Assembly: GCF_000446015.1 (NCBI RefSeq) | Contig: NC_022093.1 | Location: 1,140,001-1,172,000 of the forward strand | Length of the DNA stretch: 32,000 nucleotides | Direction of reading: 5' to 3' | Origin: Thermofilum adornatum | GTDB taxonomy: Archaea > Thermoproteota > Thermoprotei > Thermofilales > Thermofilaceae | Shown: positions 9,285-14,796 of the stretch, piece by piece | How positions within the stretch are numbered: position 1 is the first letter of the stretch | How the letters are laid out: each line of letters opens with the position of its first letter | Program-made: the position numbers and the translations under genes | The notes under the pieces: generated by a model | Database searches by the model: none | What the model was told of the DNA's origin: nothing | Seen by the model: the letters and a program-made list of their open reading frames with translations, nothing else

Positions 9285-10316
9285 TTGCAGAAACTAAGAG
9301 AACTTGAATACAACGCTTTAAAGTATGCAGTTGTAGCGAGGAAATACATCGACATTGCAAGAAGCCTAAAGACAACTCCGTCCTACGTGTCTAAACTTAT
9401 CACGGGTCTTGAAAGGAAAGGAATAAAGATCTACGGCAAATTTGACTACGCCTCCATAGGTCTAATAGAATACCTCATGCTTTTACCCTTCTCCCAAGAC
9501 ATAATGGAAAAAAACATACCATACATAATACAGAAAACTACCCTAATAAAATCCAAGCAAAAAATACTCATGCTGAGAGCACTAATCCCAGATGGAGCAC
9601 AAAAAGACTTTGCAGACATACTACAAGCAGACCCCAATCAAATGTGGAGGATAACAAGCTTCTCTTGGAACCCCTACTCTTCTCCGCTTACAGTCTACAT
9701 GCACGGCAAAATAACATCCAATACTCTACAGCTTACAGAGCTCCTAGAAACCAGAAAATTGGTACATACGCCGCCACCGAAGCAACAACAGAAAATAGAC
9801 AATCTAGACCTCGAGCTAGTAGCAGAGTTTACGAGGAACCCCTTCCTAAAGCTATCACAACTAGCCCAAAGAAAAAACATGAAAAACCAGACGCTAAACT
9901 ATCACTATACCAGCCACGTTAAGCCCATAAGACTAGAAAACGAGGTAATAATTAACCCACCCCCCGGATATGCAACAAGGCTACTACAAATAAAGACAAC
10001 GCGGGGACACGAAGAACACATAGCATGGGCACTCTCAAGCCTACACTACGTCCAAAACACTTACGCCCTGACCGGCACAGGAACAGTCTATACGTTTCTC
10101 TTCCCAGACCCCTACGAAGAAAAGCAACTAGCAGAAACCCTCTATACGTGTACAGCTATACTAGATTTTACGCTGTTTGGCTATGTCACAGCCAACAAAC
10201 GCTACACAGTTCCCTTTGGAGACATTATTGCAAATGGTAGATACAACATAGGAATAGTATATGAAGCACTACATGTACACCGCAGAAAAGCGAACTACGA
10301 CATATATGAGCTCTAG
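9285..10316 (+). CDS. Putative transcription regulator with two Lrp/AsnC-like HTH modules in tandem (343 aa)
   Basis: Two HTH-like segments: YIDIARSLKTTPSYVSKLITGLERKG, and LDLELVAEFTRNPFLKLSQLAQRKNMKNQTLNYHY. Each is followed by a ~100-aa beta-rich region. The only in-frame start after the upstream stop is TTG 9285. A TATA-like A/T run lies at 9241-9258. Confidence 0.5.
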   Translation: MQKLRELEYNALKYAVVARKYIDIARSLKTTPSYVSKLITGLERKGIKIYGKFDYASIGLIEYLMLLPFSQDIMEKNIPYIIQKTTLIKSKQKILMLRALIPDGAQKDFADILQADPNQMWRITSFSWNPYSSPLTVYMHGKITSNTLQLTELLETRKLVHTPPPKQQQKIDNLDLELVAEFTRNPFLKLSQLAQRKNMKNQTLNYHYTSHVKPIRLENEVIINPPPGYATRLLQIKTTRGHEEHIAWALSSLHYVQNTYALTGTGTVYTFLFPDPYEEKQLAETLYTCTAILDFTLFGYVTANKRYTVPFGDIIANGRYNIGIVYEALHVHRRKANYDIYEL

Positions 10317-10326
10317 CGTAGCATTC

Positions 10327-10860
10327 CTACGTATTCTTTTCTCTACGAATAATCTTGGGAGCATAGAGCAATGCATCTAGAGCCTTCTCCTCCCAATCAC
10401 TCACTAAGACAAGGCGATGTGGCGTCTCAACGTAGACGACGGGCTTTACTCCGAAGTTTAGGAAAACTAGGAGCCCATATACGCTGGCCTGTGTTGCCTC
10501 AGAGAGCTTTACCTCATCATAGCTTTTTACCTCTACAATCTTATAAGGCACCAAAGACCTGAAACATATAGTATCGGCCACACCATGAACCCAGCCAAAC
10601 CTAAAAAGCCATGCCAGAGGAAAAGGAATACACACGTCTCTATACTCTAGTATCCAGTCGACATCGCCAAATATACTTGAATGTACCCTGAGACCTTCCT
10701 CATAGCCCTTGCCCTTGCCTCTAGCCAGCCTCAAAGAAATCTCTGTAACACTAATTTTTGGGTCTCTTGACACCTTGGCCTTCTCGAACCTATTAATAGC
10801 AGTCCTAAGTAACCTATATCCGTATACAAGAGCCTCTTCAGGCATCCCAGACTCCATCAT
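10327..10860 (-). CDS. PD-(D/E)xK nuclease of the RecB/Cas4-like type, lacking the Cas4 Cys cluster
   Basis: Ordered motifs GDVD ... IVEVKS ... TQASVYG (D, ExK, QxxxY). There is no C-terminal CxxC. Start is ambiguous: ATG 10860/10857 gives a 23-nt overlap with the upstream gene, and ATG 10845 gives an ATGCCTGA overlap. The ORF-track start at 10911 lies deep inside the RadA paralog. Confidence 0.55.
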   Translation of the reverse strand: MMESGMPEEALVYGYRLLRTAINRFEKAKVSRDPKISVTEISLRLARGKGKGYEEGLRVHSSIFGDVDWILEYRDVCIPFPLAWLFRFGWVHGVADTICFRSLVPYKIVEVKSYDEVKLSEATQASVYGLLVFLNFGVKPVVYVETPHRLVLVSDWEEKALDALLYAPKIIRREKNT

Positions 10861-11785
10861 CCTTGATGGTGAACTGTGCAGACGCACCTTTTGCCAACCT
10901 AGGCGAGTCAAGGACTTCCATAAGCCAGGAGTCGCCTGCTTTCTTCAAGAAAAACCTATGCGTAGAGGCGTGTGCTATAATGTTTCCACCTGCTGGCAAC
11001 TTAACGGCCACGCCCCAGCTACTCGGCACAGAGACAACCTGGTTAGTTATAACTATCAACAAGTCGTAAAGCCTGCTAAGCCTCTTGAGCCAGTCCAAAA
11101 CATAGTTTATCCTCTGCTGACGCATCGCAAGCCATTCTCGCCCCCTAAATTGTGCCCTATAAAGCGCTATAACAGAGTCTATAATGACTAGTTTTACGCC
11201 CTGTCTTAAATACGGCTTCAAGCCTCTTACAACAAGCTCTTCCAGCTCATCTACATTTATAGGTCTAGCCACGAATACATTCTCGAGCGGATCTTTAACG
11301 CCAAATCTTTCTGCAATCTTCGTTACCCTCTCGGGACTAAACGTCCCCTCAGTGTCAATGTAGATAGTTTTTCCTCCCAGCCCACCTTTCCCAGGCGGCA
11401 ACTGTGCAGTTACGGAGAGCTGGTGACAGAGTTGTGTCTTTCCGGAACCATATTCACCCGCAAACTCGTAGATTTCCTGAACAACAAGACCACCCCCAAG
11501 CAACTCGTCGATACCACTTACACCAGTGGAGAGAGTGTCTCGCCCAGAAATCTGGGAAGCATATTCGTCTCCCTTCTGGACACTTACTTCCCACCGGGCA
11601 AGCCTTCTAGCAGTTCTAACTAGCCTAAGCGCTCTCTCGAATTCTATGCCAGCTATTTCTTCAAGCTCCTCAGGGTTGAAAAGCAACAGCTCCTCAACGG
11701 TATCTATCCCAGCATTCTTGAGCCTAGAAATTGTTACCTTGCCTATGCCCTCTTCTTTTCCTAGCTCTTCAATAGGAAGCGGCAT
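10838..11785 (-). CDS. Full-length RadA paralog (HhH N-domain plus RecA core), 315 aa
   Basis: HhH-like ISRLKNAGIDTVEELL, Walker A GEYGSGKTQ, Walker B LVIIDS, and NQV...LPAGGN. By eye it is roughly 45-50% identical to the canonical RadA core. ATG 11785 is preceded by GGTGAG 6-11 nt upstream, so I prefer it over GTG 11809. Confidence 0.85.
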   Translation of the reverse strand: MPLPIEELGKEEGIGKVTISRLKNAGIDTVEELLLFNPEELEEIAGIEFERALRLVRTARRLARWEVSVQKGDEYASQISGRDTLSTGVSGIDELLGGGLVVQEIYEFAGEYGSGKTQLCHQLSVTAQLPPGKGGLGGKTIYIDTEGTFSPERVTKIAERFGVKDPLENVFVARPINVDELEELVVRGLKPYLRQGVKLVIIDSVIALYRAQFRGREWLAMRQQRINYVLDWLKRLSRLYDLLIVITNQVVSVPSSWGVAVKLPAGGNIIAHASTHRFFLKKAGDSWLMEVLDSPRLAKGASAQFTIKDDGVWDA

Positions 11786-12338
11786 CGCCCTCACCACACG
11801 GCTTCCCATCGACGAAACACTTACCCCTACCCTCTATCTTCTCACATGCAAATGTCTTTACGAAACTCCACATGTTTTCGGTCTCCCTGTCCCCATACAC
11901 TATTATCGGGACCCTGTACACCTTTGCTATACGCGACAATATGTCATAGGAGTACATTAACCCCTCATGAACCCACCTAGTAAACCTTTTGTGGCTATCC
12001 TCGACAACGATGGGCACACGCTTCTTGTCAAGTTCACGGGGCAGGTCGAAAAGCAGGTACTCTAGGTACTCCTCGTCAAGAAAAGCTGGCAAGTATGCTC
12101 CACCAGCTATCTCCAACTGTGTCCCCCTAACATGCGTCAAGCCTGGAGACAAGACGTGTTTTTCCCCGCAAAAGGAAACCTCTAGCCGGATTGGAGAAAA
12201 AACAACCACAGTGTTCTCGGACAGAAATGTCAACTCCCCAGCAACGTCTCCCATAAACTTCTCAATTTCTTCTCTTCGAAAAACCTTGAGATGGCTAAGG
12301 GAAAAAACCTCTTTCCCAACAACAACCTGTCTACTCAT
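11769..12338 (-). CDS. Hypothetical protein (189 aa), orphan member of the RadA-paralog operon
   Basis: The ATG at 12338 overlaps the upstream stop (ATGA) and is preceded by GAGGGTG. Its 3' end overlaps the RadA-paralog start by 17 nt. No motif recognised, apart from an acidic patch (FLDEEYLEYLLFD) and a C-terminal Cys/Gly-rich tail. Confidence 0.6.
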   Translation of the reverse strand: MSRQVVVGKEVFSLSHLKVFRREEIEKFMGDVAGELTFLSENTVVVFSPIRLEVSFCGEKHVLSPGLTHVRGTQLEIAGGAYLPAFLDEEYLEYLLFDLPRELDKKRVPIVVEDSHKRFTRWVHEGLMYSYDILSRIAKVYRVPIIVYGDRETENMWSFVKTFACEKIEGRGKCFVDGKPCGEGDAASY

Positions 12339-12727
12339 CCAAACACCCTCCCACGGCTCCTACTAGCTAAAACCTCAAGCCACGGATTATCACGAAGATA
12401 ACTTGGAAGCTCGCTACTTGTTTCAATGCCCATTTCGGGCCCGCTCGATCTCTCAGGTAGCCTGGAAGCAAGAGGCTCTCTTGGAGTAATCTCCTCTCCA
12501 TAGATAACCCTCCTAGCGGCGAGAATGTGACGATATGCCTCTAAACCTTTATGGCTAAGAGAAACAAGTTGAAACCTCCCCTTCTTCTGGTAGTTTATCA
12601 AGCCATACTTTCCCAAGAGATCAACGACCTCTCTTGCCTTCCTATTGTTCCTAGAGATCTCGCTTAGCAGGACTTCTGATTCGCCAATCCTCGTAAGCCA
12701 GCCTACAATACGTGTAAACTCATCCAC
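12335..12727 (-). CDS. Winged-HTH protein (N-terminal ~75 aa) with a disordered Ser/Pro/Glu-rich tail; first gene of the RadA-paralog operon
   Basis: MarR/archaeal-wHTH-like pattern: LLSEISRNNRKAREVVDLLGKYGLINYQKKGRFQLVSLSHKG. GTG start at 12727, with CAAATATAAATTTG about 25 nt upstream on the coding strand. Confidence 0.6.
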   Translation of the reverse strand: MDEFTRIVGWLTRIGESEVLLSEISRNNRKAREVVDLLGKYGLINYQKKGRFQLVSLSHKGLEAYRHILAARRVIYGEEITPREPLASRLPERSSGPEMGIETSSELPSYLRDNPWLEVLASRSRGRVFG

Positions 12728-12825
12728 AATATAACTTTATTATCTTCAAATATAAATTTGTTATCATCCTGCATAACATAGTTATACAAGAAAACTATAA
12801 GATAGAAGTCGTCATAACGAGCTAC
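12728..12825. promoter_or_regulatory. Divergent promoter region with TATA-like elements and repeated ATAAC/GTTAT pentamers
   Basis: AAATATAAAT at ~12749-12758 could serve the minus operon, and AAAACTATAAGATAG at ~12791-12805 could serve tmk. The array GTTAT(12760)-N8-ATAAC(12773)-N3-GTTAT(12781) has extra ATAAC copies at 12731 and 12814. Confidence 0.45.
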
Positions 12826-13605
12826 ATGAACCAGTCAGTAGGAGAAAAAATATTCTGCCCCCACTGCGGAGACTACATTACCCCAAAAATCGAAAGAACA
12901 GCCACACCAACAGGTGAATTAATAATAGAATACTATTGCCCCAGACATGGACTAATAAAAACTGAGAAAAAGAAAAACTACGGCGGAAACCCAGTCAAGA
13001 TACCCGGAGGCCTCTACATAGCCCTCGAAGGAATAGATGGCTCTGGAAAAACAACACAAGCATCCCTGCTATACGAGTACCTCACAAACAAGGGCTACAG
13101 TGTGATTGTTGTAAGGGAACCATGGGTACAAGCAATAAAGGAAGTTCTTTACAAATATAACCTGGACGTCGAGGCAGAAGTCTACCTTTTTGCGGCAGAC
13201 AGGATTATACTTCAACGAGAAATAGTCTTACCTGCGCTAAGCGAGGGAAAAATAGTTATCTCTGACAGAACCCTTTATGCTAGCCTCGCATACCAGTCAT
13301 CCAGAGGGGCAGACCAAGACTTTATACGTAGAGTAAACAAATTCGTAAAGCCGCCCGACATAGTCTTCCTTTTAGACATACCAGTAGAGAAGGCCATGGA
13401 GAGACTCAGGAATAGGTCTTCCCTCACTCGCTTCGAGGACCCAACATACATGTACAGGGTAAGAGAAAAATACCTAAAACTGGCGGAGGAGGAAAAAGAC
13501 AAGTTCATAGTTCTAGACGCGTCAGGCACAATAGAAGAAGTCTACACGCAACTCGTAGACAAAGTTGAAGAAATCCTACAAAATTTAAAAGCAAACAAAA
13601 CATAG
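12826..13605 (+). CDS. tmk: Thymidylate (dTMP) kinase with a ~60-aa N-terminal zinc-ribbon extension
   Basis: P-loop LEGIDGSGKTT, a DR(I/Y)-type motif (AADRIIL) and LID-region pattern. The N-terminus carries CPHCG...(24 aa)...CPRHG. Confidence 0.9.
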   Translation: MNQSVGEKIFCPHCGDYITPKIERTATPTGELIIEYYCPRHGLIKTEKKKNYGGNPVKIPGGLYIALEGIDGSGKTTQASLLYEYLTNKGYSVIVVREPWVQAIKEVLYKYNLDVEAEVYLFAADRIILQREIVLPALSEGKIVISDRTLYASLAYQSSRGADQDFIRRVNKFVKPPDIVFLLDIPVEKAMERLRNRSSLTRFEDPTYMYRVREKYLKLAEEEKDKFIVLDASGTIEEVYTQLVDKVEEILQNLKANKT

Positions 13606-13613
13606 TATATCAT

Positions 13614-14198
13614 ATGAGACGTGGAAGCGCAACAAGCATAGTTCTCGTCATAGTCATCATTGCAAGCCTAGCATTCTACGCCGGGTTCCGCCTGGGCCAA
13701 ACCCAGACCCAACAAATAACTGCGCAAGCTCCACAGCAACCTGTACCGCAAGGGGAATGCATAAAGCTTGAAATAATCAACGATGATGACTACTACCCCA
13801 AACTTTTAGACTTACTCTCCAAGGCTAACAAATCCATTTACATTTCAATGTTTGAATTCAAAAGCGACACAGACGAGGTGGCAAAAGTCCTCGAATTACT
13901 AATCTCTAAAGCAAAGAAAGGAGTAGACGTGAAAGTCGTCCTAGAAAACACGATAGACGAGAACGAGCTAACGTATAGACGTCTCCTAGACAACGGGGTT
14001 CCAGTAAGATACGATACAAGATCTAGGACTACACATACAAAACTCATCATAATAGACGGCTACATAGTTATCGTAGGTTCCCACAACTGGAGCTACTCGG
14101 CGTTCATGAGGAACCATGAGGCAAGCGTAGCAATATACGATGAAAACATAGCCAAACAAGAGACAAAGTACTTCATGCAGATATACAGCGGCAACTAA
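13614..14198 (+). CDS. Single-HKD phospholipase D superfamily protein (Nuc-endonuclease-like size) with an N-terminal membrane anchor
   Basis: Complete HxK(x4)D(x6)GSxN motif: HTKLIIIDGYIVIVGSHN, with His codon at 14034. N-terminal hydrophobic helix SIVLVIVIIASLAFYAGF. It starts 8 nt after the tmk stop. Confidence 0.85.
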   Translation: MRRGSATSIVLVIVIIASLAFYAGFRLGQTQTQQITAQAPQQPVPQGECIKLEIINDDDYYPKLLDLLSKANKSIYISMFEFKSDTDEVAKVLELLISKAKKGVDVKVVLENTIDENELTYRRLLDNGVPVRYDTRSRTTHTKLIIIDGYIVIVGSHNWSYSAFMRNHEASVAIYDENIAKQETKYFMQIYSGN

Positions 14199-14416
14199 AA
14201 ATAGTCAAAAACAACGAAAATAGACATCAGCCAAAACATGGAACACATTTAATTTTTCATTCTTTCATAAAAAGAACGCGAGCTAAGGATAAAGAACACA
14301 GTAGGCCGGAGTAAATGTTACAATAGATAACCAGCCCCATAAGTTACAATTTGAATAATTTTCTTTGTTTCCAGTAAGGTTTACGTCTTTGTCTTGTCAA
14401 TAGGAAACGGGAGCTA

Positions 14417-14427
14417 GAAATTTATAG
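14417..14427 (+). promoter_or_regulatory. Promoter element GAAATTTATAG, 21 nt upstream of ATG 14449
   Basis: The identical 11-mer occurs at the identical distance upstream of ATG 14797 (14765-14775). Confidence 0.5.
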
Positions 14428-14448
14428 CCCCAAGACGCAGAGTCTCCT

Positions 14449-14739
14449 ATGAAAAAATCCCTCGACAAGGACAGGCTTGCAGGTCTAATAATTCTCATAT
14501 TCGCATTTACTCTAGGCTCCATCTATGCATACATTCTGCTCTTCGCAAGCGTTGAGACACAGCTACTAGTAATGAAAATTACTTCCCTCTTTGTTGTTGA
14601 AACATTCTTCCTTGTAGTAGCCTGGATAGGCATAACACTGCTCTTCTCTCCTCCAGAGGCAAAAATCAGAGAAATAGAGAAGCGTCTAGAAGAAGAATAC
14701 AACAAGCTACGCGAGCAAGGATATCCCTTTCCTTGGTAA
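14449..14739 (+). CDS. Small membrane protein (96 aa; two predicted TM helices plus a charged C-terminal helix)
   Basis: Hydrophobic segments LIILIFAFTLGSIYAYILLFA and ITSLFVVETFFLVVAWIGITLLF. A promoter-like 11-mer lies upstream. Confidence 0.45.
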   Translation: MKKSLDKDRLAGLIILIFAFTLGSIYAYILLFASVETQLLVMKITSLFVVETFFLVVAWIGITLLFSPPEAKIREIEKRLEEEYNKLREQGYPFPW

Positions 14740-14764
14740 AAAATATTTTCATTGGGTCTAAACA

Positions 14765-14775
14765 GAAATTTATAG
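14765..14775 (+). promoter_or_regulatory. Promoter element GAAATTTATAG, 21 nt upstream of ATG 14797
   Basis: Second copy of the 11-mer with the same spacing to a start codon. Confidence 0.5.
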
Positions 14776-14796
14776 GGCCATCCTCTTTAGATACAC

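Noticed and set aside
10709-11960. Several plus-strand ORFs (160, 68, 68, 66 and 144 aa) across the RadA-paralog region
   Set aside because: All are antisense to, or out of frame with, the motif-bearing RadA paralog and nuclease frames. No motifs are present and they have Pro/Ser/Arg-rich compositions.
8600-12730. The idea that the region between radA and tmk is an integrated mobile or viral element
   Set aside because: There is no integrase, att-like direct repeat, flanking tRNA or capsid/replication gene. I could not compute compositional statistics rigorously, so there is no positive evidence.
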